Origin: an uncultured Spirochaetales bacterium
Lineage (GTDB): Bacteria; Spirochaetota; Spirochaetia; Sphaerochaetales; Sphaerochaetaceae
Assembly (NCBI GenBank): GCA_902781545.1
Contig: CACZJR010000002.1
Span: 5,134-69,133 of the forward strand
DNA length: 64,000 nt
Direction: 5' to 3'
Below the pieces are notes generated by a model. The model saw only the letters and a list, made by a program, of their open reading frames with translations, was not told where the DNA came from and made no database searches. Made by a program: the position numbers and the translations under genes. Numbering within the stretch: position 1 is the stretch's first letter; each line of letters starts with the position of its first letter. This document shows positions 1-10,654 of the stretch, in pieces.

Positions 1-1186
1 CCACCAGAGCCTTCTCCTTTGCCGTGATCTTGCTCAGGCTGTCAGAGAAGTTCTCCGCAGTCATCTCGACAAGAACATCTAGCGTATCGCTGTTGTTCAC
101 CCTATCAACTATGATCTGGTAGTTTGCAGGATAACCTTGCTGTATGAGGACGGTCTCGATCTGTGACGGGAACACGTTGACGCCCTTGATGATCAGCATG
201 TCATCACTGCGCCCCATAGGCCTTGACATCTTCACGAACGTCCTTCCGCAGGCGCATTTCTCAGCAGAGAGGATGCAGATGTCACGTGTGCGGTACCTGA
301 GAAGCGGGAAGCCCTTCTTGGTCAGTGAGGTTATGACAAGCTCTCCCTTTGACCCAAGCGGAAGGCTCTCCCCCGTATCCGGATCAATGACCTCGGCGTA
401 AAAGTGATCCTCATTGATATGCATGCCGTTCTGCACGCTGCACTCATAGGCCACTCCCGGCCCGCTCAGCTCAGTCAGTCCGTAGATGTCGTGGGCCTTG
501 ATCCCCAGAGATGACTCAATCGATGCCCTCATGTCCTCGCTCCAGGCCTCGGCACCGAATATTCCCTTTCTGAGATGGATCCTGTCACTCAGGACTCTCT
601 CATGGATTGACTCGGAGAGATATGCGGCATAAGACGGGGTGCAGCACAACACGGTGGACTTCAGGTCCTCCATGAACTGAAGCTGCCTGTCGGTGCTTCC
701 GGAAGACATGGGCAGAACCATGCATCCAAGTTTCTCGGCACCGCCGTGAAGCCCCAGGCCTCCTGTGAAAAGGCCGTACCCGTAACAGACCTGGACCACA
801 TCCTCATCTGAGATGTCTGCAGCGACAAGAGCCCTGGCGACACATGTTTCCCAGAGATCAATGTCCTCTTTGGTGTAATAGGCCACCACACGCTTTCCGG
901 TTGTTCCGCTTGTGGAGTGGATCCTGACGCACTCCTTTGCGGGGACACCCCTGAGGCCGTCAGGATAGGAGTCCCTCAGATCATCCTTCTTCAGGAAAGG
1001 TAGCTTTGTGATGTCATCGATTGACCTGATGTCAGCAGGGCTCACCCCGGCCTGCTCCATCTTGTGACGGTAATATGGGACGTTGTCCCAGACATGTCTC
1101 ACCTGGGAGACAAGTCTCTCACTCTGCATTGCCCGGAGTTGCTCTCTGGGCGCACATTCAATCTCTTTGCTGTAATACCTTTCCAT
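1..1186 (-). CDS. paaK: phenylacetate-CoA ligase (adenylate-forming), C-terminus cut by window edge
   Basis: Not in the ORF track because there is no stop in the window. My minus-strand translation from the ATG at 1184-1186 reads MERYYSKEIECAPREQLRAMQSERLVSQVRHVWDNVPYYRHKM...IHSTSGTTGKRVVAYYT...DIYGLTELSGPG...KGVNVFPSQIE. This has a PaaK-type N-terminus and the SGTTG AMP-binding loop. Confidence 0.85.
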   Translation of the reverse strand, partial: MERYYSKEIECAPREQLRAMQSERLVSQVRHVWDNVPYYRHKMEQAGVSPADIRSIDDITKLPFLKKDDLRDSYPDGLRGVPAKECVRIHSTSGTTGKRVVAYYTKEDIDLWETCVARALVAADISDEDVVQVCYGYGLFTGGLGLHGGAEKLGCMVLPMSSGSTDRQLQFMEDLKSTVLCCTPSYAAYLSESIHERVLSDRIHLRKGIFGAEAWSEDMRASIESSLGIKAHDIYGLTELSGPGVAYECSVQNGMHINEDHFYAEVIDPDTGESLPLGSKGELVITSLTKKGFPLLRYRTRDICILSAEKCACGRTFVKMSRPMGRSDDMLIIKGVNVFPSQIETVLIQQGYPANYQIIVDRVNNSDTLDVLVEMTAENFSDSLSKITAKEKALV

Positions 1187-1195
1187 TTTCCGAAT

Positions 1196-2818
1196 TCACT
1201 TATACTCAAGACAGAGCATTGTCAGGTCATCAAACTGCTCGGCATCTTTCACGAAACCATCGACAGCATTTCTCACATTACCGAGCAGGACCTCAGGAGA
1301 AGCCTCCGGATCCTCATTCAAGGCATCAACAAGGCGTTTCACACCGAACATCCGGCAGTCCGCGTCCGTTGCCTCCGGCACACCGTCGGTGTACAGGAAC
1401 AGCTTGGACCCGGACTGGAGTCTCAGCTCATATTCAGAGAAGGAGACTCCCTCAAAACCGCCTATGACTGCATTATGGTTGTCATTGACGATCTTGAAAA
1501 GCCCGTCTTGCCCGCGGAGAATCGGATACTCGTGTCCGGCATTCACGGCAACAAGCCTACCGGTTGGGATCTCAAGTATCCCAAGCCAGACCGTTATGAA
1601 CATGTCCTCTGTGTTTCTCTGACATATCTCATTGTTCGCCCTGGCAAGTATCTCGGCAGGAGACCTGCTCTTCATGGCGTTGTTGGAGATTATGCTCTTG
1701 GCACTCATCATGAAGAGCGCCGCGGGAATGCCCTTGCCGGAGACATCGGCTATGAGCAGGCAGAGATGATCGTTGTCAATCAGGAAGAAATCATAGAAAT
1801 CACCTCCGACCTCCTTTGCGGGATTCATTGATGCGAATATATCGAACTCACTCCTGTCCGGAAAGGCAGGGAACACATTGGGAAGCGAGTCAGTCTGGAT
1901 ACGCGCCGCAAGTGAGAGCTCAGTGCTGATCTTCTCCTTCTCGGCGGTGATCTGGGTTATGTTCTCAACGTAATTGTGGATCTTGGTCTCCATGGAGTCG
2001 ATTGACTCTGCAAGAAGCCCGATCTCATCCCTGTTGCGGATTGTCTTGGTCAGCTTATCCTTCTTGATCACGTTCTCCTGCGCGAAACGGCTTGCCTCTT
2101 CGGTGATCTTCTTCACAGGCATCAGGAGCATAAAGTGCAGGTAAAGACCCTGCGTCACTATGACCACTGCGGCAAGAATGATCAGCGCTATCACGACATT
2201 GCGCACATAAGTCTGTCTTGCACTCTCAAGCTCATCCATCTGGACCTGAACACAGATGATTGCCCTTGTCTCCCCGCTGCTTCCAACCAGCGGCATCATG
2301 ACCGTCACATGCTTCTCGGTCTCTATGTACCCCTTGTCCCTTATGACAGATGCCTTGCCGAGCCCATCCTCATACATGGCACGGTATGCCTGGCGGTATT
2401 CATCGTTTGTGGTCTCCCTGACATAACCGAACTTATAGAGCTCAAACGGGCTGCCTGTTCTCTTGACAGGGAACACAAAGGTGATGTGGTTGTAGTCTCT
2501 GGTGTCCGGCTCAATCACATAAATGAACTCCACTCCTGTTGAATCACAGATTTTCTGGAGCAATTCATTGACATTCATGTGCTCCGGGTTGTCGCCGCCG
2601 TTTTCCTTGTAGTGCTCCATCATGTCAGGGTCTATGCACAGCCTGGACATCTCGGCTGTCCAGAATGCATCTTCCGTGTACTGCTCCAGGAGGGCCTCAG
2701 TGAAACCCTTGTAGCCTATTGCGCTGATGATGACGGAGAAGACAGCCAGAATCAGGATGATTGTGGCTATGCTCTTTATAGCGATGCTTTCCCTGTACTT
2801 TGACTTGGCAACGGTCAT
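1196..2818 (-). CDS. membrane sensor PP2C/SpoIIE-family protein serine phosphatase
   Basis: 540-aa ORF with two TM segments bracketing an extracytoplasmic domain. The C-terminal GGDFYDFF...LLIADVSGKGIPAALFM motif is typical of SpoIIE/RsbU phosphatases. It overlaps the upstream gene by 4 nt. Confidence 0.8.
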   Translation of the reverse strand: MTVAKSKYRESIAIKSIATIILILAVFSVIISAIGYKGFTEALLEQYTEDAFWTAEMSRLCIDPDMMEHYKENGGDNPEHMNVNELLQKICDSTGVEFIYVIEPDTRDYNHITFVFPVKRTGSPFELYKFGYVRETTNDEYRQAYRAMYEDGLGKASVIRDKGYIETEKHVTVMMPLVGSSGETRAIICVQVQMDELESARQTYVRNVVIALIILAAVVIVTQGLYLHFMLLMPVKKITEEASRFAQENVIKKDKLTKTIRNRDEIGLLAESIDSMETKIHNYVENITQITAEKEKISTELSLAARIQTDSLPNVFPAFPDRSEFDIFASMNPAKEVGGDFYDFFLIDNDHLCLLIADVSGKGIPAALFMMSAKSIISNNAMKSRSPAEILARANNEICQRNTEDMFITVWLGILEIPTGRLVAVNAGHEYPILRGQDGLFKIVNDNHNAVIGGFEGVSFSEYELRLQSGSKLFLYTDGVPEATDADCRMFGVKRLVDALNEDPEASPEVLLGNVRNAVDGFVKDAEQFDDLTMLCLEYK

Positions 2819-4320
2819 GCCTTCACCTTGAGGATCCTGGGCGCCACATCAATCGCCTCTGTCGGGCATACCATCCTGCAGAGGTGGCATCCGACACATT
2901 TCGACCCCAGGAGCTTGGGAGTCCTGGTCTCCATGTCGAATGTGATTGCCTGATGTCCGCCGTCCATGCATGAGATGTAGCATCTGCCGCATCCGTTACA
3001 TGCATCCAGGTCAAAGACCGGAAGCAGCTTGATGTCACGCTCAATGCCCTGATGGCCAACGACCGTGTTCTTGGCGCCTCCGATAAGGTTGGCAAGTGAC
3101 GGGATGCCCTTGCAGCTGAGATAATTCCTGAGTCCGCCCACAAGGTCCTCGATTATCCTGTAGCCGTACTGCATGACGCTTGTGGTGACCTGGACGCTGC
3201 CTGCGCCGAGAAGAAGGAACTCAACTGCGTCCCTCCAGGTCTCAATTCCGCCCATTCCGCTGATGTGAAGACCCTGAAGGCCTTCACAGTTTGAGAGATC
3301 CGAGATGAATCTCAGCGCTATCGGCTTGACAGCAGGTCCGGAGTACCCTCCGACAATGGATTTCCCCTGAACGGCAGGCTCGGCGACCAGTGTGTCTATG
3401 TTGACTCCTGTGATTGAGTTGATCGTGTTGATGGCGGCAATACCGTCCGCGCCGCCGCGCTTAGCGGCAATTGCGAGCGGCACCATGTCAGTGATGTTCG
3501 GTGTGAGCTTCACAAGCACAGGAAGGCTTGTCCCCTTCTTGGTTGCGCGGGTGAAACGCTCCACAAGCTCCTCGGACTGACCGATTGTTATTCCCAGGTC
3601 GCTTGCCTCCATGTTGGGGCATGAGAAGTTGCACTCTATGACACTGGCACCGGCTTCCTCGCATCTGCGTGCGAGCATGGTCCATTCGGCCTCGTTCTGG
3701 CCCATGATGGATGCAACAATGACCTTTGTCGGGTACTTCCTCTTCAGCTCGTTGAACACCTTCATGTTCTCAGCCACACTGTGGTCTGATAGCTGCTCAA
3801 TGTTCTTGAAGCCGCAGAAAGAGTTCGCATGGCTGTAAATGGCGGAGAACCTCGGAGATGACTCATGCTGCGGGAAATTGCAGATTGTCTTGAACGCCAC
3901 CCCTGCCCATCCGGCGTCAAATGCACGGGCGCACATGTCATATGTGCTGGCCACGACCGAGCTGGAGAGCAAAAACGGGTTCTCCAGCCTGACACCGCAG
4001 ATGTCCGTTGAGATGTCCACTTCCTCAAGCTTCCTCTTGGGCAGGTCCGGGAAACTCTCCTTCACGCCCATGAAGATCTCGCGGATCTTGATCGGTATCT
4101 GCTTTGCCTCCAGGGTGCAGACCTTCTCGCAGGGAGAGTTGCAGTACGTGCAGTCAACATCCTTGAGCCTGTCAGCCACATCTATGAAATTGCCGAAATA
4201 CAGCGACCTGAGGATATTCCCGACATCGGCATGCTGAGGACATGCCTTTGTGCATGCGGGATCTGCGCAGAGCAGGCAACGGTTCACTTCTGAGTCATCA
4301 TACTTGAGCTTGTACGGCAT
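2815..4320 (-). CDS. PreA-like dihydroorotate/dihydropyrimidine dehydrogenase family flavoenzyme with Fe-S ferredoxin domains
   Basis: 501 aa. Cys-rich N-terminus (CLLCADPACTKACP), a DHOD-like TIM barrel (NFSCPN, GGIAAINT, GMGGI) and a C-terminal 2x4Fe-4S region (CNGCGRCYISC, CVGCHLCRMVCP). Confidence 0.75.
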   Translation of the reverse strand: MPYKLKYDDSEVNRCLLCADPACTKACPQHADVGNILRSLYFGNFIDVADRLKDVDCTYCNSPCEKVCTLEAKQIPIKIREIFMGVKESFPDLPKRKLEEVDISTDICGVRLENPFLLSSSVVASTYDMCARAFDAGWAGVAFKTICNFPQHESSPRFSAIYSHANSFCGFKNIEQLSDHSVAENMKVFNELKRKYPTKVIVASIMGQNEAEWTMLARRCEEAGASVIECNFSCPNMEASDLGITIGQSEELVERFTRATKKGTSLPVLVKLTPNITDMVPLAIAAKRGGADGIAAINTINSITGVNIDTLVAEPAVQGKSIVGGYSGPAVKPIALRFISDLSNCEGLQGLHISGMGGIETWRDAVEFLLLGAGSVQVTTSVMQYGYRIIEDLVGGLRNYLSCKGIPSLANLIGGAKNTVVGHQGIERDIKLLPVFDLDACNGCGRCYISCMDGGHQAITFDMETRTPKLLGSKCVGCHLCRMVCPTEAIDVAPRILKVKA

Positions 4321-4384
4321 CTTTACCCCCGATTATGTATAATAACCCGAAGAACCGCTTATGTGTATATTTAATCTCGGATAA

Positions 4385-6160
4385 TTATAATATCCGGGAA
4401 TCAAAACCCTGCATTTTGTCCATTATCCCGTAGAACGCCAAGTATGGCTCATCCCTCATGGCGGTCACGTCCCCCAGCTCAAGCACCATGTCCGAGTCTG
4501 TGTTCTGCCCGAATACAGGCAGGCCCTCCCCGTTCGGGTCCCCGGTCCTTGCAAAGTTGACCCAGTATGAGTGCATGATGTTGCTGACGTTCCTGTCCTC
4601 ACTGTCATACAGGGCCGAGCCTTCAGGAATGCGGCCGAAGGCATAACGGAGCTCACCGCTGTGCCATGATGAGAGACTCCTGTTCTTCTTGGTGAACAGG
4701 TACTCATACACTGCAATCCCGTCTGCCGCGGCAAGTCTGTTAAGGCAATAATGCGGGTAGTTGAAGAACACCGCACCGTAAATCTCTGCCCAGTACTCGG
4801 CCGCCTGCTTGTCTGTCTTTGCGTCATACAGCCTCAAGACATCATCCGCAGCATCCCGGAAATATGACCGAACCTTGGACTCATAGTTCTTCAGGCTCGT
4901 GCGGTCAAAGATGATAAACGGTCCGCTCTCAAGGTCGTTGAAGCCGTGGATCAGGGCCTCCTCATTGTGGATTCCCTGCTTCCTGAGATTGTATGGGGAA
5001 TCCGGGAGCACATAACCGTCAATGGTGACATGGTGCTGGCTGCTCATCTCACCCACAATGTCCTTTGCGTCCAGAAGCCTCAATTCATCGGCGCTCGAGC
5101 ACTTGTATTTCTCCAGAAGCATCCTGCCAGAGCTTAAGGCCTGGTCGAAAGGCCTGTATGAGTGAGGAGGGTTCACACTTGAGAGTGTGCTGCTCTCCAG
5201 TATGGCCCGTCTGAAGAGACCTTTTGCCAGAGGTGACACACAAAGTGCGTCGACGCAGACAGCACCTGCGGACTCTCCGACGATCGTCACGTTGTCAGGG
5301 TCTCCTCCGAAAGCCGCGATATTGTCCCTGACCCACTGCAGCGCCTTGATCTGATCCAGAAGCCCATAGTTGCCAGTGGTGCCGTCCTGCTTCAGGAGCT
5401 CATCATCAGCAAAGAATCCGAAGACACCCAAACGATAGCCCAGATTCACACATATTACGCCGTTTCTTGCAAATGATGTGCCATTGTAGTCATCTGTCCA
5501 GGCCTGCCCGGTCTGAAGTGACCCTCCATGGATATACACCAGGACGGGAAGATCCCGACATTCTCCGGCAGGTTTCCAGATGTTCAGGTAAAGGCTGTCC
5601 TCACTTACAGGAGGGACATAATTGTCCTTCAGTGAGATCTTGTAGTCATGGTACCCTATTATCCTGACAAGAGAGTCGTAGATCGGAAGATTCGTGACCT
5701 GCATGGACATCGGGGCAAAGCTGTCGCACTCAAGAACCCCGTCCCATGGTTCCGGATCCTGAGGCGCTCTCCACCTGAGTTCTCCCACAGGGGGCTTCGC
5801 ATAAGGGATTCCGGCATAGATCTCAACATCACCGTCGGAGTTCAGGACTCCCCTCACCTTGCCCTTGTCGGTCTGGATTATCCCTGTTGACGCAGGCTTT
5901 GAGGCGTCAGATGCAGGAACAGCCTTCACTGGCGGCCATGTGAGAAAGAGTATTCCGGCAAATAATGCCAGATAACAGGCCCAGAAAAGGAACTTCACAA
6001 AGCCGTTTGACTTCAGTGCCACAAGCCTGAACAGGACCGGGAACGCCACAAGAAGAAGAGCGAACAATGCCCATCCTAGCAATGTGTTCTTGTTCAGTTC
6101 CAGAACCGCGCAGAAAAGCGCGGACAGAATCGCATAAAGGATCCAGAAACCCGCTTTCAT
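4385..6160 (-). CDS. type-B carboxylesterase/lipase with N-terminal membrane anchor
   Basis: 591 aa with three N-terminal hydrophobic helices. Motifs: GIPYAKPPVGELRW, YIHGGSLQTG and the nucleophile elbow GESAGA. Confidence 0.85.
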   Translation of the reverse strand: MKAGFWILYAILSALFCAVLELNKNTLLGWALFALLLVAFPVLFRLVALKSNGFVKFLFWACYLALFAGILFLTWPPVKAVPASDASKPASTGIIQTDKGKVRGVLNSDGDVEIYAGIPYAKPPVGELRWRAPQDPEPWDGVLECDSFAPMSMQVTNLPIYDSLVRIIGYHDYKISLKDNYVPPVSEDSLYLNIWKPAGECRDLPVLVYIHGGSLQTGQAWTDDYNGTSFARNGVICVNLGYRLGVFGFFADDELLKQDGTTGNYGLLDQIKALQWVRDNIAAFGGDPDNVTIVGESAGAVCVDALCVSPLAKGLFRRAILESSTLSSVNPPHSYRPFDQALSSGRMLLEKYKCSSADELRLLDAKDIVGEMSSQHHVTIDGYVLPDSPYNLRKQGIHNEEALIHGFNDLESGPFIIFDRTSLKNYESKVRSYFRDAADDVLRLYDAKTDKQAAEYWAEIYGAVFFNYPHYCLNRLAAADGIAVYEYLFTKKNRSLSSWHSGELRYAFGRIPEGSALYDSEDRNVSNIMHSYWVNFARTGDPNGEGLPVFGQNTDSDMVLELGDVTAMRDEPYLAFYGIMDKMQGFDSRIL

Positions 6161-6161
6161 A

Positions 6162-7079
6162 TCATTCTCCCCTCACTATCGCCTTAAGGAAATCCATCTC
6201 ATCGTCATTACACTCTTTTGCCTCCGGCAGTCTCAGGTCGCAGTGGAACACATGGCTCAGCCTGTTCTTTTCAGTGCCATATACCTTGAATACGTGCCTT
6301 ACCCCGTTTCTCTCAAGGACAGGCAGAATGCAGTCAGGCTGTCTGACAAGGAAATCGCCCACCGCTGTCATCACAAAGACCGTGGGGAAACTCTTGTTGA
6401 TGTATTTGGCAGGACAAAGAAGAGCATCCTGCTCAACTGTAAGTGTCTGCGGTAATGCCTTGACCCCCAGAAGATCCTTCACAAGAGGCTTCAGGAGCAC
6501 CACGGAAGGATTGGGGTCCCTCAGCATCTCACATATGTCATAGATACCGCAGTTCAGCACTACTGCAGAAGGGACAAAGCCCTCCGGCGGAACAACCCCA
6601 AGCAAGCTGGCATATCTCCTGTCCGTGCACATGTCGCAGTACATTGCGGCCATATGGGCGCCTGCGGAGTCACCCACCAGAAACACATTTAACAGGTCAA
6701 AGCCGTACCTGTCAGCGCTTGAGAGGACAAAACGGACAACACTGTCCAGATCCTGCATGCTTGCAGGAAACACATGTTCCGGGGCAAGACGGTAGCTGAA
6801 GTTCACCACGGCGAATCCCCGCTGGGCAAGTGACATGCAGTAATACTGGTAGACATACTTGTCCCCGTAGACCCAGCCGCCGCCGTGAACGTCGATTATC
6901 ACGGGCAGTTTTCCCTGAGCCTCACGGGGACGGTAGACATCAAGCGTGTTCCAGACAGGATCCGGACCGTAGCTTATGTCATCAAAGCGTACAATATCAT
7001 CAGGCGTACTCAGGCCTGCGTTCTTCTTTCTGTCGGCAACGGCGAACGCCTTGCTGACCAGGCTGGCTATTCTGGACAT
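6162..7079 (-). CDS. alpha/beta hydrolase, HSL-like esterase/lipase family
   Basis: 305 aa with the HGGGW oxyanion motif (DVHGGGWVYGD) and the GDSAGA nucleophile motif. There is a 1-nt gap to the upstream esterase. Confidence 0.8.
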   Translation of the reverse strand: MSRIASLVSKAFAVADRKKNAGLSTPDDIVRFDDISYGPDPVWNTLDVYRPREAQGKLPVIIDVHGGGWVYGDKYVYQYYCMSLAQRGFAVVNFSYRLAPEHVFPASMQDLDSVVRFVLSSADRYGFDLLNVFLVGDSAGAHMAAMYCDMCTDRRYASLLGVVPPEGFVPSAVVLNCGIYDICEMLRDPNPSVVLLKPLVKDLLGVKALPQTLTVEQDALLCPAKYINKSFPTVFVMTAVGDFLVRQPDCILPVLERNGVRHVFKVYGTEKNRLSHVFHCDLRLPEAKECNDDEMDFLKAIVRGE

Positions 7080-7100
7080 GCGCCCAGTATATCAGCTCTG

Positions 7101-7892
7101 TCACGTTGAAGGCCAGCTCACAGGCACTGAAAAGTAGGTCATGACCTCGTTTTTAAGGGTCTCAGCCTGCTCCTCTGTCAGTGCATTGGGCTTGTAAGGG
7201 ACCTTTGTGGTATCTGCATGGAATATGTAGTTGAAGAACGTCAGTGCCACAAGATAGCTTCCGCCCCAGCCGGAGTGCTTGAGATCCTTGTTGTAAAGAG
7301 GCATCTCCCTGTCCTTCTCATACATGTCCAGCATTACCATGCCGCAGTACACGACCTCGACTCCGAGCTCCTCGGCCACCCTCTTGTAGGCATCGGCCAG
7401 CATGTACTCCATCTGGGCCGTGGTCCAGTTGTTGTACTTCAAATCCGGAAAGCCCTCGGCATAGCCCCAGGTCTCATAGAGCAGGACCCTGGCTCCGTTT
7501 GCCCTTGCCTTCTCCGTGAGGATTGCGGCAGCATCACGGAACTTCCCGTAGCTGTTGATCGGCCTGATGCTCTGCTCCTGGATTATGACAATGTCATAGG
7601 AGTTGTTCGCAAGCTTCTCATCAATCTGCTTGCAGTACTTGTTCTCCGGGTCGCAGAACATCTCAAGCGTATAGGATCCGACCATCACCGAATCGGCGGT
7701 CACTTTCTTGTAGCCGTAGCTCTCACAGATGTTGGAGAAAAGCCACGGCAGGTTATTTCCGTACGTGAAGCTGTTTCCTATGAACAGGATGTTGCACTCA
7801 GTTTTCTTTGAGACCTCACCGCCTTCTGTTGTGGCGCATGACACAAGCAGCATCAGGGCCAAAAGACCGGCAAGAAGAACCTTTGTCCTCAT
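7101..7892 (-). CDS. lipoprotein, SGNH/GDSL-like hydrolase fold
   Basis: 263 aa with signal peptide and lipobox LLVSC, then the ILFIGNSFTYGNN block typical of SGNH-like hydrolases. Confidence 0.6.
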   Translation of the reverse strand: MRTKVLLAGLLALMLLVSCATTEGGEVSKKTECNILFIGNSFTYGNNLPWLFSNICESYGYKKVTADSVMVGSYTLEMFCDPENKYCKQIDEKLANNSYDIVIIQEQSIRPINSYGKFRDAAAILTEKARANGARVLLYETWGYAEGFPDLKYNNWTTAQMEYMLADAYKRVAEELGVEVVYCGMVMLDMYEKDREMPLYNKDLKHSGWGGSYLVALTFFNYIFHADTTKVPYKPNALTEEQAETLKNEVMTYFSVPVSWPST

Positions 7893-7901
7893 TTCCCCTC
7901 C

Positions 7902-8672
7902 TCAGAACTCCAGCCACTGGCCGTTCTCAGGAATGATGAGCTTTCCCTTATAGGTCTCCCTCAGGATCCTGAGCTTCTCGACATTGCGCTCATCATGGAA
8001 CGGAATCTTCAGGTCATGATGATGCGGAATCAGCACGCCAGGCTGGATTGCATCTGCAAGCTCCGTCAGTGCAGAGGCTCCCTGCTTGGAGTACTGCATG
8101 AACGCCACATCCGGTTTCAGGCCCCTGAGATGCGAGATCTGGTTCTGCGAGATGTTGCCTCCCCAGAACAGAATCCTGAAGCCGTTCTCGAACGTGATCA
8201 GATAGGAGCACATCTCCATTCCACCTATTCCTTGAAGCTCATCCATGCCCGGATAGTCCTTCATGAACTCATAGGCACGGCACTTTGCCTCCTGCCTGGA
8301 TCTTGTGGAGTTCACGTTGGCATGACGGTTGTAGAACATCTTGATACTGACCTTCCCCATGTCCAGCTCCTGGTCGGGGAACATCGGGTAGATGAATGTG
8401 GTGTTGCAGTCAAGCCATCTGGCAAGAAGATCCGAACCCAGGGCACCTGTGAAGATGTTCGGATGGAACTTCCTCTCAATGTCTGGGAGCTCTGAGACAT
8501 GGTCCCAGTGAAGATGTGACACAAGGACATGGTCCACCTTATCAAAAGTGTCCGCATCAAAGCCCTTGTAGGTTGTCAGCTTAAGACAGGGATCGGTCAC
8601 AATGACCTCTCCGCAGCCGTGTATCTCAAAACTGGCGTTTGTAAGCCATCTGAGTCTTATGTCTTTTCCCAT
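7902..8672 (-). CDS. MBL-fold metallo-hydrolase
   Basis: 256 aa with the HxHxDH motif (SHLHWDHVS) and later His/Asp ligands (IPHHHD). Confidence 0.75.
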   Translation of the reverse strand: MGKDIRLRWLTNASFEIHGCGEVIVTDPCLKLTTYKGFDADTFDKVDHVLVSHLHWDHVSELPDIERKFHPNIFTGALGSDLLARWLDCNTTFIYPMFPDQELDMGKVSIKMFYNRHANVNSTRSRQEAKCRAYEFMKDYPGMDELQGIGGMEMCSYLITFENGFRILFWGGNISQNQISHLRGLKPDVAFMQYSKQGASALTELADAIQPGVLIPHHHDLKIPFHDERNVEKLRILRETYKGKLIIPENGQWLEF

Positions 8673-8684
8673 TGTTCCTCCCGC

Positions 8685-9638
8685 TTACTGCACACAAAGG
8701 TGGCAGGCGACAAAATGGCCCGGTCTGATCTCAATCATCTGGGGTTCCTTTCCATTGCACTTGTCACAGGTGCTGTAACAGCGCTTGAAGAACCTGCACT
8801 GGTCCGGAAGATTGACCGGAGACGTGATCTCTCCCTTAAGCAGAATCCTCTCCTGCTTGTATCTCAGATCAGGGACAGGGATTGCCGAAAGCAGTGCCTT
8901 GGTGTAAGGATGCATCGGATTGGCGAAGAGCTCTTCCGCAGGTGCCTTCTCGACCATCTTTCCCAGGTACATGACGGCAATGTCATCCGAGAAATGGTTG
9001 ACGACGCTCAGATCATGCGTGATGAAGATGTAAGTCAGCCCCAGCTTGTCCTGAAGGTCCTCCAGCAGGTTCAGGATCTGGGCCTGGATTGAGACATCAA
9101 GGGCGGACACAGGCTCATCACAGATTATCAGTTTGGGCTCCACACTCAGAGCCCTGGCAATACCTATTCTCTGCCTTCTTCCTCCGTCCAGCTCATGCGG
9201 ATAGGAGTTGATCAGACGCTCTGCAAGACCGACTGTCTTCATCAGCTCCAGGACACGGTTCTCAATGGCTTCCTTGCCCTTTATCAGCTTGTTCTGGATT
9301 ATTGGCTCTGCAATTGCCTGGAGGACGGTCTGCCTGGGGTCCAGAGATGAGAACGGGTCCTGGAAGATGATCTGGATGTCCTTCCTGGCCTTTCTCATCT
9401 GCCTGTTTGACAGAGTGGCAAGATCCACCCCGTCAAAGATGATCTTTCCGCTCGTAGGCTCTATCAGACGCATGATGCAGCGTCCTGTGGTTGATTTTCC
9501 ACAGCCTGATTCGCCGACAATACCGAGAGTTTTACCCCTTTCAATGGTAAAGGAGACATCATCAACAGCATGAAGCTGGCCTTTTGCAGTCTTGAAGTAT
9601 TTCTTAAGGTTCTTTACTTCCAGCAGTTTGTCACTCAT
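8685..9638 (-). CDS. oppF: oligopeptide/dipeptide ABC transporter ATP-binding protein
   Basis: 317 aa with Walker [10 protein letters not shown], signature-like LDGGRRQR, Walker B LIICDEP and an Opp/Dpp-type C-terminal extension. It overlaps oppD by 4 nt. Confidence 0.85.
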   Translation of the reverse strand: MSDKLLEVKNLKKYFKTAKGQLHAVDDVSFTIERGKTLGIVGESGCGKSTTGRCIMRLIEPTSGKIIFDGVDLATLSNRQMRKARKDIQIIFQDPFSSLDPRQTVLQAIAEPIIQNKLIKGKEAIENRVLELMKTVGLAERLINSYPHELDGGRRQRIGIARALSVEPKLIICDEPVSALDVSIQAQILNLLEDLQDKLGLTYIFITHDLSVVNHFSDDIAVMYLGKMVEKAPAEELFANPMHPYTKALLSAIPVPDLRYKQERILLKGEITSPVNLPDQCRFFKRCYSTCDKCNGKEPQMIEIRPGHFVACHLCVQ

Positions 9639-10645
9639 AGCTGTATATCCTCCCTTTCAATGCGGAAGCCAGGATCCTCATATCTGCTGCACCTGCAGTA
9701 ATGCGTTCCTCCGAAATGAATCTCCTCAGGCATTTTGTCAATGCAGGAATCCTTTGCGTAAGGGCATCTGGGAGCAAACGCGCATCCCTTGGGAAGCTTT
9801 GTCGGATCCGGCATAAGACCCGGGATGGGTTTCAGGCGCTCCTTGCGGTCAGCTATGTTGGGCAGGCTGTTGAAAAGACCTTCGGTGTACGGATGTCTTG
9901 CAGTGTTGAAGATTTCCTCAAGGCTTCCGCGCTCGATTATCTGTCCTGCGTACATGACAGCCACATCATCACAGGTCTCGGCTATGATTCCCAGATCATG
10001 TGTGATCAGGATCATTGCCATGCCGTATTTCTTCTTCAGCTCCTTCATCAGATCCAGCACCTGAGCCTGGATTGTGACGTCCAGGGCGGTGGTCGGCTCA
10101 TCTGCGATCAGAAGCTGGGGATTGCATGCCAGGGCTATTGCAATGACAACACGCTGCTTCATTCCTCCGGAGAACTGATGCGGGTACTCGTGTGCCCTCT
10201 CTCCGGGGATTCCAACGATCTCAAGCATCTCCTGTGCCTTCTTGAACGCAGCTCCCTTATCCAGGTTCTCATGGATCATCAGGGCCTCCGCGATCTGGTC
10301 ACCTACTGTGAACACAGGGTTCAGGCTTGTCATCGGGTCCTGGAAGATCATCGAGACCTCCTTGCCCCTGATGTGAGTCATCTCCTTCATGGACTTCTCA
10401 AGGACGTTCTCTCCGTCAAGCATGATCTTGCCGCCCTTGATGACTCCGGGTGGATCCGGAATCAGGTTGAGAATTGCCAGGGCGGTGGTTGTCTTACCGG
10501 CACCTGTCTCTCCTACAAGACCGAGTGTCTTTCCCTTCTCCACCTTGAAGCTGACATCACGTACTGCCTCGACTGTCTCATCCTCAAGCTCGTAATTGAC
10601 CGTGAGATGGTCAATATCCAGCAGAATATTTTTCTCTTTGTCCAT
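9635..10645 (-). CDS. oppD: oligopeptide/dipeptide ABC transporter ATP-binding protein
   Basis: 336 aa with Walker [30 protein letters not shown] and a Cys-containing C-terminal Opp domain. Confidence 0.85.
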   Translation of the reverse strand: MDKEKNILLDIDHLTVNYELEDETVEAVRDVSFKVEKGKTLGLVGETGAGKTTTALAILNLIPDPPGVIKGGKIMLDGENVLEKSMKEMTHIRGKEVSMIFQDPMTSLNPVFTVGDQIAEALMIHENLDKGAAFKKAQEMLEIVGIPGERAHEYPHQFSGGMKQRVVIAIALACNPQLLIADEPTTALDVTIQAQVLDLMKELKKKYGMAMILITHDLGIIAETCDDVAVMYAGQIIERGSLEEIFNTARHPYTEGLFNSLPNIADRKERLKPIPGLMPDPTKLPKGCAFAPRCPYAKDSCIDKMPEEIHFGGTHYCRCSRYEDPGFRIEREDIQL

Positions 10646-10654
10646 ATCTGCCTC

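Noticed and set aside
1064-1831. 255-aa + strand ORF (and the nested 130-aa ORF at 1075..1467)
   Set aside because: It is antisense to the well-supported paaK and SpoIIE-phosphatase genes. It has no SD and a low-complexity, atypical composition. It is a shadow ORF in GC3-rich coding DNA.
7218-7811. 197-aa + strand ORF
   Set aside because: It is antisense to the SGNH-like lipoprotein gene and has no recognisable motifs.
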